Source of the DNA: Cladosporium halotolerans
Taxonomy: Eukaryota
Reading direction: 5' to 3'
DNA length: 64,000 bases
Assembly (NCBI RefSeq): GCF_011745625.1
Contig: NW_027191456.1
Coordinates: 868,001-932,000 of the forward strand
Shown piece after piece: positions 11,309 to 23,900 of this stretch (position 1 is the first letter of the stretch; each line of letters starts with the position of its first letter). The translations under genes were made by a program, and so were the position numbers. The notes below the pieces were generated by a model, which saw only the letters and a list, made by a program, of their open reading frames with translations, did not search any database and was not told where the DNA came from.

Positions 11309-12763
11309 ATGTCTTCCACCGCCTCCCAGCGCGCGCTGGACTACCTCGAACAACTGCCTGGCACCACATTCACAAAGCTGTACCAACAGCCTTCGACCGC
11401 GCTTGCCATCTTCCGCCGAATGCTACCGCACCTGGCCAAGACGATAGTAATGGGAATGCTGTACATGCCTACACCCTTCGCCGCGAAAGATCTAGAATCA
11501 TGGGTCAAGCCGGACAACGAGAGCACGCAGGCACGCGACAAGGCGATCTCCATTCTCACACGGCTGCGCATCATGTTCGAACAGCCTGGGAGGGACGGAA
11601 GGGCTTCGTATGTGCTTGCACCTGCGTTTGCAAAAGCGCTGAGGCTTGCTTTGACGGGTGGCGGCAATCACAGGAGTTTCGGCGTGCCGAGCACCGAGCC
11701 GGAAAAAGCACCTGTGACGGTGGAATATCTGGACACTTTCGCGCGAAAGCAGTGGGAGGCGATATTGTACTACGTCGTTGGCAGTGCCAACACAAGTCTC
11801 TCCGGCGACGTCGAAGTCAGCGCCGGCACCAAGCAGTTGTTGCAGAAAGGCATGTTCGTCGCAATGAAGGGCAGGCAGACGTACATCACCAAACAGGGCT
11901 TCGAATTCCTGCTCCAGGAGATCAACGCACAAGTCTGGACTCTCTTGATCGTCTACCTCGAAGTTTCCGCTGAGCTGCAAATGGACTCCGTGGACGTCCT
12001 CTCATTCCTCTTCACTCTTGGCTCCCTCGAACTCGGCGTCTCCTACAGCACCTCAAACCTCACCCCAACCCAAATGCAAATGCTCGAAGACCTAACCGAC
12101 TTCGGCCTCGTGCACCGCCCCTCCCCGAGCTCAACACACTACTACCCAACCCGCCTAGCCACAACCCTCACCTCCGACGCGCCCGCCCTGCCCAACAACT
12201 CAATGCCCTCCACAGCCAACACTACCGCCACGACCAACCCGGCCACCGGCTCCGACGAAAAAGGCTACATCATCGTGGAGACCAACTACCGGCTCTACGC
12301 CTACACCTCCTCTCCTCTCCTCATCTCCATCATCTCGCTCTTCGCAGATCTCAAAACCCGCTACCCGAACCTCGTCACGGCAAAACTCTCCAAAAAATCC
12401 GTCCAGCAAGCCATCCTCGCCGGCATCACGTCCGAGCAAATCATCTCCTACCTGACGACACACGCGCATCCCGTCCTGCGCCACGCGACCCCCATCCTGC
12501 CGCCCACGGTCGTCGACCAGATCCGGCTGTGGCAGCTCGAGGGCGAGCGCATGGTGGCGCACAGCGGGTTCCTGATCAAAGACGTGGGTTCAGCGGAGGA
12601 TTACGAGCGTGCGGTGCGGTATGCGGAGGCACTGGGCGTGCTGAAGAAGGAGTTTAGGGCGAAGGGGTGGTTTTTCGTCAGCAGGATGGATCAGATGAGT
12701 AATTATTTCAAGAGCGTGAGCGCGAGGCGGAGGGAGGCGCAGTTGGCTGGGAGGGGCGCGTAG
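11309..12763 (+). CDS. TFB2: TFIIH core subunit Tfb2/p52
   Basis: YLEQLP..LYQQPSTALAIFRRMLPHLAK, QWEAILYYVV, IIVETNYRLYAYT, ITSEQIISYLTTHAHP, PPTVVDQIRLWQLE. Confidence 0.96.
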   Translation: MSSTASQRALDYLEQLPGTTFTKLYQQPSTALAIFRRMLPHLAKTIVMGMLYMPTPFAAKDLESWVKPDNESTQARDKAISILTRLRIMFEQPGRDGRASYVLAPAFAKALRLALTGGGNHRSFGVPSTEPEKAPVTVEYLDTFARKQWEAILYYVVGSANTSLSGDVEVSAGTKQLLQKGMFVAMKGRQTYITKQGFEFLLQEINAQVWTLLIVYLEVSAELQMDSVDVLSFLFTLGSLELGVSYSTSNLTPTQMQMLEDLTDFGLVHRPSPSSTHYYPTRLATTLTSDAPALPNNSMPSTANTTATTNPATGSDEKGYIIVETNYRLYAYTSSPLLISIISLFADLKTRYPNLVTAKLSKKSVQQAILAGITSEQIISYLTTHAHPVLRHATPILPPTVVDQIRLWQLEGERMVAHSGFLIKDVGSAEDYERAVRYAEALGVLKKEFRAKGWFFVSRMDQMSNYFKSVSARRREAQLAGRGA

Positions 12764-13118
12764 GGTGGATCGTAAGTGCTTTCCGGGTTTGTTCGAGGAA
12801 GCTTGAGATTTGGATAATCACGCATTGGGAGGAGGGTTCGGAGGGTGGGTCATAGCGAAGGCGTTCTGGCTGGGAGAAGTGTAAGAGTGCCTTGATACAC
12901 CGGTAGAGTATTTCCTCCTTTCTGTATACCACGCGAATTGTCCCTCAAAAGCGAGGAGGAAGACCAACTGCCATCTCCTCAGCTCCTTCCAGACCATACA
13001 AATGCCCGCCCAAGGATGCTCATCGAAAGCCTGCCGTCCGTCCAAGGAAGCCGACACATACCACCCACACATTACTTCCACCACCTACTTCCTCGAAATC
13101 AGCAAGCACAACCGCCAC

Positions 13119-14774
13119 TCACACAAGACTCTCCCGCTTCTCGCGCCTGCCCAACATCCGATCGAAAAGACTTATCTTGCGAATCCCACTCTTCGCAAAC
13201 CCACCGGCTTCCAGATCGAACTTTCTTCCCGGGTGATGCTCAACGCCGTACGCCGGCAGCGCCTGACTCGACTTGCTGGCCATGGACGGCTTCTTGGTGC
13301 CAATCGGCCTTCCGAGCTCCGGTAGATTCTGCATCGCGGCAAATTGCATCTGAAATCTGACGAAGCTGTCCCGCGCCTCTTCCGTGGCGCATTGTGCGTG
13401 CAAGTGCTCGAGCGCGCCGCGCAAGCGTGCCGTGTGAGCTGCAGGAGTGTGCAGTTTGTCGGTCTCGGATTTTGCGTCCAGGTTTGAGAGGGTGACGGCA
13501 AGGTCTTGGTTGCGGTAGCGGTCGACCATGGCTGAGATGCGGCCGCACCAGTAAGAAAGTGGCTCGGCGACGGCGACTTGGCCTGCGGAGGGCTGAGGGC
13601 TGGAGGAGACGTTGAGGAGGGTCTGCGTGGAAGAGCGGCGGAGGTGGTGAACGGAGGCTGAGACTGAGTTGCCTCGAACGCGGGTCGCAGGTGCGCCGAT
13701 GGCTTGGACGGGTAGAGGAGCTTTTGGCAGAGGTGGTGTCGGTGCCTGGCGAGCAGACATGAGGCGAGTCTGTCTGATCTCATGGTGCGCGTTGGCACGG
13801 ATGTTGGTCGTGTTTGCAAGGATGGGCTGCGAGTTCCAACGCTGTACAGGTACAGGCCGAGAGAAAGAGCCCGAACGTGGAATGTAGCCTTGGTTCATGT
13901 GATACGCGGGGCTGCTGTAGAATGTGGACGCGTCTCGAGGTGGCGAACTTCCGACGAAGTGAGCGGTTGGGAGAGTACCGCAGAAGCTTGGGTCTCGCGG
14001 CAACACGGTAGGAGCTTGTTGCTCCCAGAGCTGATCTTCCACGTACGAGCCCGCCGACAGTGGAGAGCTGAGCTCCGCCTCGTCGAAATGTTCGAGTTCA
14101 GGCAGAGGCCTGGTCATGCTGACGGACAAGTTCTCCTTGAATGCCGTAGGGCGAGGAAGGCTGCTCGCCTGGTCGAGATTTGACGGAAGCAGTGGCATTG
14201 TGTCCGACCTCTTCATTCGATTCCTCACACTCTGATATCTTGAAGCAGCCGTTGGGATGCTGCCAATGAGATGCTTCCTGGTGGATGCTGGCGGCGTGGG
14301 AAGTCGAGTCGACGAAGTGAGGTTTGAGCAATCGCGATTGTGCGTCGTGGAAGGTATGCGAGAATCAGATCTCTTGCGGCGGGTCGGCACAGGAAGGTTG
14401 CTAAAGGTACGACTACGAGGCATGCCTCCAATGGGATCGTCTGGAAGGCATACGTAACTGCTGCAGCGTAGGAAACTGGCTTGGCTCTCGATGGGGATGT
14501 TTGGTGCTGCTAGAGGTGTCGGGTCCGAGAAGAAGGTCGACGAGGATTCGGAAGGCTTGCGTGACTCGGACGGTGCGGCGATGGTGGTCGAGCCGGAGGG
14601 AAGAGAGACTTCGCTGGCGAGAGAGGCAGTGCTGTCAGTTGCATTGTTCGAGCGTCGACGACTGAAAGGGTTGAGGTGAGCCAGAGATGCGATGGAGCTG
14701 AGACGCTTCATGGAGCTACGTCTGGACTCAGACGAAGGAGCGACATCACTTGACAGCGACTTGCGGGTCGGCAT
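13119..14774 (-). CDS. Hypothetical Ser/Pro-rich protein with a small C-terminal helical domain, 551 aa
   Basis: Long single ORF; ordered-looking block YWCGRISAMVDRY...LHAQCATEEARDSF near the C-terminus. Confidence 0.75.
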   Translation of the reverse strand: MPTRKSLSSDVAPSSESRRSSMKRLSSIASLAHLNPFSRRRSNNATDSTASLASEVSLPSGSTTIAAPSESRKPSESSSTFFSDPTPLAAPNIPIESQASFLRCSSYVCLPDDPIGGMPRSRTFSNLPVPTRRKRSDSRIPSTTHNRDCSNLTSSTRLPTPPASTRKHLIGSIPTAASRYQSVRNRMKRSDTMPLLPSNLDQASSLPRPTAFKENLSVSMTRPLPELEHFDEAELSSPLSAGSYVEDQLWEQQAPTVLPRDPSFCGTLPTAHFVGSSPPRDASTFYSSPAYHMNQGYIPRSGSFSRPVPVQRWNSQPILANTTNIRANAHHEIRQTRLMSARQAPTPPLPKAPLPVQAIGAPATRVRGNSVSASVHHLRRSSTQTLLNVSSSPQPSAGQVAVAEPLSYWCGRISAMVDRYRNQDLAVTLSNLDAKSETDKLHTPAAHTARLRGALEHLHAQCATEEARDSFVRFQMQFAAMQNLPELGRPIGTKKPSMASKSSQALPAYGVEHHPGRKFDLEAGGFAKSGIRKISLFDRMLGRREKRESLV

Positions 14775-15606
14775 TTTGGTGGCATCGGGTTGATTTTGTT
14801 TGTTCGGTTGGTGGTGTCAGGTGAGCGTTCGGAGACGAGTGCAGGTTGGTTTAATAAATGTTGGATGTGCAAGCACCAGAAGCGCGACTGCCAACGGACC
14901 TGTTGCTTCAAGCATCTGCTTTAAGCCATGGAAGGCGCAGTTGTCTACGCGTCCGTGTTTGTAGCTGCGTTGGAATTTATTTATTACCTTATTATTATTT
15001 GGCCCAGGTATGAAGGCATCAATCACGACTGCAAGCAACTTCCAGCCCTCTGACTGATCATAATCTGCTGACCTTACTGCACATCAATCCGCCCGCCACC
15101 AAGCCAAAACGATGCGTTCACAGTATCTGGCATATCTTTGCCCATGCAAACGAGTAGAGCATTCCCTCTGGCTTTTATCAATGACTGGTTGTGTCCCATT
15201 GATGTCGGAACAAGCATTCATCAAAGAAAACATCCATGAACTGACTTTCTGCACCCTTGTTCCCTTCGGTCTTTAAAATGCCGAGCGCAGCATGCTTCGA
15301 ATGGCCGTTTGATCATCTGGCAGAAAATGCAAGAATGTCGATGCCTCGTCGGCAGTGAAAGCTGCGCCATCAGCACGTCCGGGTGTGCGACGTTCCTGTT
15401 TCCAGTAGTAATTTGATGATCGAAGTCCGAGGCACACAGAAGTGATTGTGCTAGGCGTAGCTCGGAACGTGGTGAAAGAGTCCCGCGTGCTTCTTTGACT
15501 TGTCGATTCGCATTCCCGCCATGGTCCAGGTGGCAACGAGAAGGCACTCGAGCCTCATTATCCCTCAGCGCCCGCTTCTCGATGCCCATCCCAAATCAGA
15601 TCCCTC

Positions 15607-15912
15607 TCACCCCTCAACCCCCCTCCCAGTCCCAATCCCCACCCCCTTCAAAACTCCACTCGCCCAAACCCCCAGACAAACCCCCAGCACCACATAATCC
15701 AGCAGGACCTCCCTCACGAGCCTTCCAAGTTTCCGCAGCGAGAAGACGACGTACAGGCGCTGGCTGCGCGCGCTGAAGCGGTGCACGCGGCAGGCTTTTC
15801 GACAGTTGATGTACAAGTGGAAGTGGATGGCGAGCAGGTAGAGGGCGAGCAGGGCGAGGTCGAGTTTTTGGCGGGTTGTGAGGGTTAGGGTTAGGTGGGT
15901 TGGGGCGGACAT
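15607..15912 (-). CDS. Possible small membrane protein, about 101 aa
   Basis: ATG in gcaATG context; hydrophobic segments LDLALLALYLLAIHF and VLLDYVVLGVCLGVW; no recognisable family. Confidence 0.35.
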   Translation of the reverse strand: MSAPTHLTLTLTTRQKLDLALLALYLLAIHFHLYINCRKACRVHRFSARSQRLYVVFSLRKLGRLVREVLLDYVVLGVCLGVWASGVLKGVGIGTGRGVEG

Positions 15913-16638
15913 TGCTGCTGGTGGTGGGGTTGACGGCAATGATGGATTTATTTTCTCGTGCTTGTTAGGGAAGCATGGCTCTTGAAACTTGGACGAGGGA
16001 GTTCTCGGGGATCTTATGGCATTGGCGATGACATGTGAATGCATAGGGATTGGAAAGCGTAGCGCGGGTTTGAAGGGAAGTCGCTTTTGACAAGCGGGCC
16101 GTGGCGCGGACCAGACTTTGAGATGCAGGCCAAGGTGTTTTGTGTATTGTGATGACGGGACAAACTTGCAATCAGTTCTTACACTTGGTTTGCAGTGGGA
16201 TCTGACGCTGGCAATTGGAGTTCTAAATTCGCTGCGTTCCCTACTCATGTGTGCCAGAATTGAGAATAAAGCATACTGAGCCGTGAGGGAGCTGGTTTTG
16301 ACGGACCAAGCTACACGGAATGGGATATCGCAAGTCGCATTATGACCGAGGAGAGAGCAGCCCCCAAATAGCAGGAAAGACGGCCATGTCTGAGACTTCG
16401 ACTTTACTGCTGCTCAGAGCACTTCTGTGCCAAAAAGCGTGAAATTGATTTCTTTTTTGGAGTTCATCATCGAATGCTCCGCCCCTACAGCTAGCCAAAA
16501 ACCTTGGTATACTCTCGCACTCGCACTACACAGCGAATGGCAGATGCCGCTTTTCTATCTCGCAAGACCCGGCGTTTACGGCCTGTCCATCTCTCCGTCC
16601 AAAAGCAATTGTCGTTAATCTTCGAGCTCTCGCCGGAC

Positions 16639-17398
16639 TTAAGCGGCGGGGTACACGAGACGGAAGATGTCGTTGAAGACGTAGTAGTTGCCGTCTGCGG
16701 GGAGCAGCTGGAAGGTCTGGGTGTAGCTCATCGGTCTGCGCTCCTCCTCGACCTGGGTGGTATTGCGTTAGTCCGCCGCTCGAGTACGCTCTCCTTCCAC
16801 TGAATGTTATCTTACCAGGAGGGCACCGCTGACGACGACGAGGATGCCGCCGCTTTCGTTGCTGGGCTGGGCGTCGACAGTGGCGACCTGGTGCTCAATG
16901 CGCTGGAAGGGAAGCTCCTGTATTCATGACCAGCATCAGCGACTGTGTTCCTCCTATTTACTATGACGTATGATCCCAGCTTTTCGCATTCAAGGCGGGG
17001 CCTCGTTGTCGCAATGAGGATCGTACCTGGAGCTTGGAGATGATGTTGGCGGTGCCGAGGAAGGGCGACTGCTCAAAGGTGAGCATAGAGTTGTCGCGCT
17101 GCAAGGTGAAGTTAGCTCGTGATTCCCTTGCGCTTCTGAGGTTGAAAGTTTGCCAGGACGACGCACGTAGAGAGGCGCAAGCTGGGCGCGGTCCGAGTCG
17201 AAGGTCTTGTAGTAGAACTCGGTAAACTGCTCTGTTGGTGGATTTGTCAATTACTGAGCTTGCGAGTCTTTGAAAAATCGGTCGAGTTCTTACGGGCAAC
17301 TGCGTTGAAGTCTAGAGAGAAACAGTAATGTCAGTGCGAGTCGCGATAGCGCTGTGTGGATGTCGAAGCTGCGCATGTGGTGTGAACATACCGGCCAT
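16639..17398 (-). CDS. NTF2: Nuclear transport factor 2; exons 17398-17392, 17311-17294, 17231-17167, 17098-17027, 16917-16816, 16752-16639
   Basis: Spliced product [39 protein letters not shown]...YYVFNDIFRLVYPAA; all five introns GT-AG; includes 7-nt and 18-nt coding exons. Confidence 0.96.
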
Positions 17399-17866
17399 GG
17401 TTGCGGATGCGACGAGGGTAATGTGAAGGGCGAGGATAGGTGCAGGACGGTGGGCAGGCGTGCGTTCAAGAGGTTGTTGTGTGGTAGTCAGTCGGGCAGT
17501 ATGAGTGTGTTGACTTCGCTGGTCGGGTGGAAGTGGGCTGCGGGGCAGCAAAATCCCACAGCTTTGTGCAACAGCCGCGCCTACCAGCCCGAGTCGCAGT
17601 GAAGCCTGACGGCCTGAGCCACCCCGAGTCGCGCGTCAGGCCATCGGCAGAGCGCCCAACCACGTCGACGGCGCGCATACCACCATCAAATCGCCTACCC
17701 GAACGGCTCGCGAGCCGGTTCCGTCCCGACTGCACCTCTCCTCATACCACCCAACCGCCCACGCGCGCCTATCACTCCATCACCGACATCAACCTCCACC
17801 CCTACCCGGAACTGCCTCGCCACAAACGCAGCGACGCGGTAGCACCACCGTCTCTCTCTCGCCAAT

Positions 17867-20524
17867 ATGGTCGGCAAAAAATCAGGACGCGCCCTCTTGA
17901 GGGAGGAAGGTATGTTCGAAGCCCAATGCCACCACGCGCTCGGGATTGCGGTTCTGCTGTGAAAGCAGCGTTGCATCCTCCCACTCACCGCTCGCCACCA
18001 AGCTTGTATGCACGCGGCTAATAGAGTATGTGCAGGCCTGCAGCGCACGGACAACAACATGGAGTTCACCACCTGGCCGCAGGTGAACATGATCAACCAA
18101 AAGAACTACTACACGTGCGTTTGACCCTGTCGTTTGCCGCGCCCCGACCCTTGATTGTATCCGACAACCCAAATTTCTGTTTTTTCCATTGCCTTTGTCC
18201 CTTTGCATCTTGTCCTTGCGGTTTGCCATGGTCGGCCGAAAGGTACTTGATGGCTTGCGCAAGGGCAAGAAGGACGTATATGCCTTGAATGTTCAATACG
18301 TGAAGAGGTATTCCAAGCCTTTTCTGCCACGCGATCTCTTGCGTCTTGCAGCATTCTATTTTCTCAAATCGACAGTTACCTACCTAGGGCATGTACTGAC
18401 ATATATCTGAAATTAGCGATTTCCTCAAGCGCGACGATCAGATCCTAGCTTTACGCCTCCAGCAAGATGAGCGTCTCGATCGGCGGAAGCGTGCTGCAGT
18501 CGACATTGACAGAGCGCGAGCGCATGGAGTCACTGAAGGCGTGCCCTACGGCGAACCAGATCCCGACCAAGAAGTGGACGAAGATGAGCCAATGGACGAT
18601 GCCGGCTCAGAAAACTACGGATCCAAGACTATCATCCTGCATCCAGGTAGCCAAAATCTCCGTCTCGGACTGGCCACTGACGCGCTACCGAAAACTGTAC
18701 CTATGGTCATTGCTCGCAAATCCGATCATTCAGAAGCTGAGGTGTCTGAGCCCAAGCCCAAGCGTCTGAAAACAGACGGGCCCTCCGAAGAGTGGTTCGG
18801 TGAAGACTTTGCCAATCAATACAATGCTATGGCTCAGGACTTCAAAGCAAGCCGACGAGCGAGTAAGCGTCGAGTGCTGCCGAATTCAAGAGAGCTTGTC
18901 ACAAAGTGGAATTCCACCACCGAGCCAGAGATCATCTCCGAGCACAACGACCCACTGCGAATAGACTGGACAGAGCTCCCAGCCGAACCATCCAAGGCGC
19001 CAGAATACTTCGTAGGAGCTCCTGCTCTCCGTATCCCTGAAGATTCCAACCCTCGCTACAAGCTGAGCTGGCCACTCCGCCGTGGATGGCTCAACGAGAA
19101 AGACTACTACAGCCGCAACATGCTTGAACGCGACTTCTTTCTCATCATGGAGGAAAGCATCAAGGAGCAACTGAACTTACCCAACAAGAAAGACTGGAGC
19201 CAGTACAGCTGCGTTTTCATCATCCCAGATCTTTACGAGAAGGTCCTCGTTGCGCAGGTGCTACGTCAACTCATTGTGGACTTTGGCTTTCAGCGCGTCT
19301 GTTTCATTCAGGAGTCGCTTGCCGCCACTTTTGGAGCCGGCCACGGCAGTGCTTGTATCATCGACATGGGCGCTGAGAAGACCAGCATTGCCTGTGTCGA
19401 GGACGGCATGGTGATCGAAGACTCCAGGATGAACCTGAAGTACGGCGGCTACGACATGACGGAAACTTTCGTGAAGATGATGCTATTCGATCGGTTCAAT
19501 TACAGCGACTTCAACCTCATGCGACGCCACGATTTCCTGCTCGCGGAAGAGCTGAAGGAGAAGTACACTACCATGAGTGACGAGAGCATTAGCGTTCAGC
19601 AGTTCGAATTCCATCTCAGAGCACATGGTCAGCAGACCAGAAAGTATACCTTCAAGCTGTACGACGAAGGCTTTCTGGCGCCAATGGTAATGAAAATCAG
19701 CGTCTGAGCGCTCACATCCGAGCTAACATCCCTCCCAGGGCTACTTCAGACCAGAAATCTTCGACCACTCCGACAAGCTCGTCGACCGCCGCAAGCTCGT
19801 CCCACGCAGCGTCGACCTCTACGACGGCCGGCCCAACGACCCCCTCTCCCAAGCTCAGCTCGCAGTCATCGACTACGCGCGCCAGAACATCCCCTCCGCC
19901 GTCGTCGCCGCGCCCACCAACCCCGCCGCGCCCCGCGGCACCCCTCTCCCCGCCCCAACCCCCTCCAAACCCCGCCCCCTCGGCCTCCCCTCCCACCTCA
20001 CCACCAACGGCGAAAATGGCGACACCACCCCGCGCTCCTCCGTCGCCGGCTCGCCCCCGCCCGAAGACATCGGCACGCCCCAGCCTACCGACAACCCGAC
20101 CGCGGCCCCGAGCACCGCGCCCGACGACCCCCTCACCTCCCAAATCGACACCGCCGCCCTCGACCGCACCGCCCCGATCATGCCCCTGCACCGCGCCATC
20201 CTGACGTCCATCGAGCACGCCGCGGGCGCCGACGACCGCCGCCGCCGCGACCTGCTCGGCAGCATCATGGTCATCGGCGGCGCGTCCAAGACGCCCAGCC
20301 TCGGCGCGTACTTGGAGCTGCAGCTGCGCCAGGCCCTGCCGCAGTGGCCCAAGGAGATCCTCGTCGCGCCGCCGCCCAAGGACCTGGATCCCGCCATCCT
20401 GGTCTGGAAGGGCGGCAGCGTGTTTGGCAAGCTGCGCATGACGAACGATAGTTGGATTGGGCCGCTGGAGTTCGATCGGTTGGGGGCGAGGATTTTGAAT
20501 TATAAGTGTATGTGGCATTGGTAG
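17867..20524 (+). CDS. ARP8: Actin-related protein 8 (INO80 complex); exons 17867-17909, 18036-18114, 18417-19686, 19739-20524
   Basis: INQKNYYTDFLKRDDQ, IILHPGSQNLRLGLATD, QESLAATFGAG, DMGAEKTSIACVEDG, LVWKGGSVF; splice phases consistent. Confidence 0.95.
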
Positions 20525-20923
20525 AGTGGGGGACTGGGATCGATGGGGCGAGAATGGAAGTTTGGGCTGGGACGCGAGTTCTGAACCACGGAGAGAAAGC
20601 CAGAATAGACCAGTTTATCATGATTGAAAAGGCACGTTTCGAAAAAGCCTCCCGCCTGCATCGTCTCGTCTGATCGCAGACCTCACTTCATCCCATTTCG
20701 CCCCGCGGCATGTGCACGCGCGGATTGTGGAAAACCAAAGTCCAAGGAACTGAAACAGACACGAACAAAATCTCAAAATCACAACAACGTCCAAGATGAG
20801 AAAAGTACCCATCAACAATAGATCAATACAAACAAATCTCCCCCCCACTATCTAACCCAACTTTTCCCACCCCACCCCACTCCCTACCATCTATCCCAAC
20901 AAACGAATTCCCCCCGCCCTTAC

Positions 20924-23900
20924 CTAATCAGCACCAACCCTCTCCCCCTCCAACCCATCAACGCCCCTCTCCCTCTCCGGCATCTCCTTCCCGATCCCCA
21001 CCCCTCCAGCGACAGGCGCCTCGGCCTCCTCCACGCCCTTCGACACACCCGCCTGCTCACTCTCCCTCAACGCCTCCTCAAACTCCCCCCTCACCTCGTC
21101 CGCCTCCCTCTGCACCGGCGCGCTGACCTTGGGCTCCGGCTCGTCGCCCTCGGCGCCGATCTGCGCGGCGCGGTGCGCGTCGTCCGCGCTGTCGCCCACG
21201 ACCGCGGGAGCGGGAGCGGGAGCGGCGGCCTCGGAGTTCGAAGCGGCGTTCGCTTCGAGAGCTTTCTCCGCGGCGTTGAGATCCGCGCTCGAGTCTGCTT
21301 CAGGCTCGGGAGCAGGCGCGGAAGGGACGTTCAGCGCGTCCCCCTCGTCGATCTCGAAGACCGTCACCGGGCTCGAGAACGCGAACGCCACCGCCGCCTG
21401 CGCCGGCGCAGCAGCGCCAGAAGGCGACGCGGCGGGTTTGCGGCGCTGGGGGCCCTTGGCGCGGGACTTGCGGGCGTCGGCGAGGGGCACCTTTTGCTCT
21501 TCTTCGGCGGCTTCGGAGTCGGACTCTTTCGCTTTGGGCGGCGGGCCGCCGGGGCCGAGCTGGATGCGGCTGGCGAGGTCGCTCATGAAGCCTGATTTGA
21601 GGTTGGCGAATTTGCCGTTCGCGGGGCGGGCGGGGACGGCGGGTTTGGTCTTCGCTGCTGCCGCCGCGGCGGCGGGCTGGGGTTCTTCGGGGCTCAGGGC
21701 GCGAGACGCGTCCTCGGGTTTGGGGCTGCGGGTCGGGCGCGCGGGGACGGTGGGCTTGGGCCTGTCGGGGATGGAGGGGGGTTTGGTTTTCGTGGGCGAG
21801 GTGGAGGTTTCTTTGAGCGCGCCAAGGTCGGGCACTTCTTTCTCGCGCGGGTCGACGGGCGCGATCTCGGGCGTGATGTCTTGCGAGAGCTTGCTGCTGC
21901 GCGCGGGGCGGCTGGGGATGTGAGGGCGCATGAGCTGGGACATGCCGGTCGTGGCGCGCGCGTCGTTGTCGTCTTGGCTGCTGGCGAGAGCGGTGGTCGT
22001 TGGCCTGTCCTCCTGGGGACTTGTGATTTCGGGCTCCTGCGGTCCGCTGACTGTCGTCTCGAGACGCATGCTCTCAGGAGTGTCCTCCCAGATGTCCTGA
22101 CTGGGGAAGCGTTGCACGCCGGGCCTCTCGAGCTCATGCTGGACACCGGACTTGAAGTGTGGCTTGGCGAAAGTCTTGCTGTCGCTGGTCATGTCCGGAC
22201 CAGCTTGCCTGCGCCTCTGTTCCTGCTCGGGGGTCTCGAAGACTGAGGAAGCCGGGCCAGGAGGGGAGGTGACCGCCACCTGTGGAGGCTCGGGAGTCTC
22301 CACACTGGTGGTAAACTGCAGCGACGCCGGAGTGTCTTCCCAGACGTCGGCACTGGGGAAGTGGTGCTGAGCCAGACCAGGGCGGCTCTTGAATCTCTTG
22401 CTCGGGGAAGCCTTCTTGTCATCGTCTTCAGGGAACAAAGGCTCGTATTCTTCGATCTCCTCGAGGGGCGTACCCAGGCCGGACGCTGGGCGTTCCTCCT
22501 GAGAGATGAAGCGAGACAGCGGGCCGCCGTGCATGCTACCCGGCCTGCTGCCAGGACGGCTGTCCGGCTGACCGCTACCACGGCGACTGCGGCTGGCATC
22601 ATCGAGCCAGTCCGAGCGCTCAGCTTCAGGGCTGACAGCGGGCTGCAAGAAAGCACTGCCAGGGCGCTTCTCGACCTCATCCGAGGCAAGGATGGGAGTC
22701 CCATCGCCGTGCTCATTGAAGAAGCCGTTGTTGTAACCGTCCGGACCAAGGTCCAGCTTGTTGTCCTTCTCGCCACCTCCAGTGATCTTGCTTCCTCTCT
22801 TCACCTTGTGCCCGTCCACGTGGATGACGTTCTCGTCCTCGCTGTCCAGAACGTCGTCCTTGAGGTGTGCGGTGTCGCTGTGGGGGAAGCTGGCCTTGCG
22901 GAGAGGCGACTCCACGGGCTGCTGAGTGCCACTCGAGGCACGCTTCTTCAGCTCGCTGAGAGGGACAGGCGACGGCTTCGGAGAGTTCATGCGAGAGGTG
23001 TACGCCTCGCTAGCTTCCCACCCAATCTCTTGTGACGGGGTACCAACTCCGGATCCGGAAGCACCTGCGAAGTGTGTGAGCGTGTGCGAATTTCCTTATA
23101 CGCTCAAGTCAACATACCCATTCCGACGTCCGAGTTGGCATGAACCAGATCGTTCAGCTGCTTGCTGCTCATGGCCGTAGAAGGCCTGGGCGCAAGACCG
23201 CCATATGCGTTGTAACCCTCCTTGGCAGCCATTTCCGGGTGCTTCATGATCCACTCTTTTTCAAACTGATCGCTGGGCTCCTGGCCCGGGTGGCCGTGCA
23301 GGCCATAGCTGCCGGGCGGGCCAAACTCGTGCCTCGAGCTCCTCTTGCGGTGGTGGTTGCGAGAAGAGCCGTCGTTGAAGAAGCCGATGCCGGACGGGAA
23401 CATGGTGGAGTTGGGGCCTGGCGAAGGCGCCTGGACATCACCCGCATTGGGGTACATGGGCACTTGAAGGCCAATCTCAGGAATGCCCTGCTCGCCTTCA
23501 CTCTCGTACATGCTGCCAGGCCTGCCGGCGGCGACATTGGAGCTGGAGCGGTTGAAGCTCGAGTGCTCGCGCAGGTTGCGCGGTTCGCGCGAGGAGACGC
23601 GGCTCAGGCCATTGCCCTCGTCGCGGCTGACGGTGCGACTGAGGTTCGTGGTCGAGTCGGCCGGGGTGATGTGGACATCATCTTCGACGCGGGGTTTGCC
23701 TATGCCTGCCGCTGCCGCCTGGGACGAGTCAGTGCGTGTGACGGTGCTGATCCTGTCTTTCGCTGTCTTTACGGAAACGGACGCCGTGGGCTGCTGCATA
23801 GGCACGTCCGCGTGGCGGGTCTGGGTCTGCTCTTCCGACTTGTCTTCACCCTTGGAAGCGATGCGAGCTTCGGGAGGGAGGGTGTCAAAGCTAGCGTATT

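Noticed and set aside
15881..15896. GGGTTAGGGTTAGG telomere-like repeat
   Set aside because: Only about two units inside a G/T-skewed tract; compatible with chance or Leu-Thr codons
3573..17398. RCC1 and NTF2 (both Ran pathway) about 11 kb apart
   Set aside because: Separated by unrelated genes; no evidence of functional clustering without synteny data
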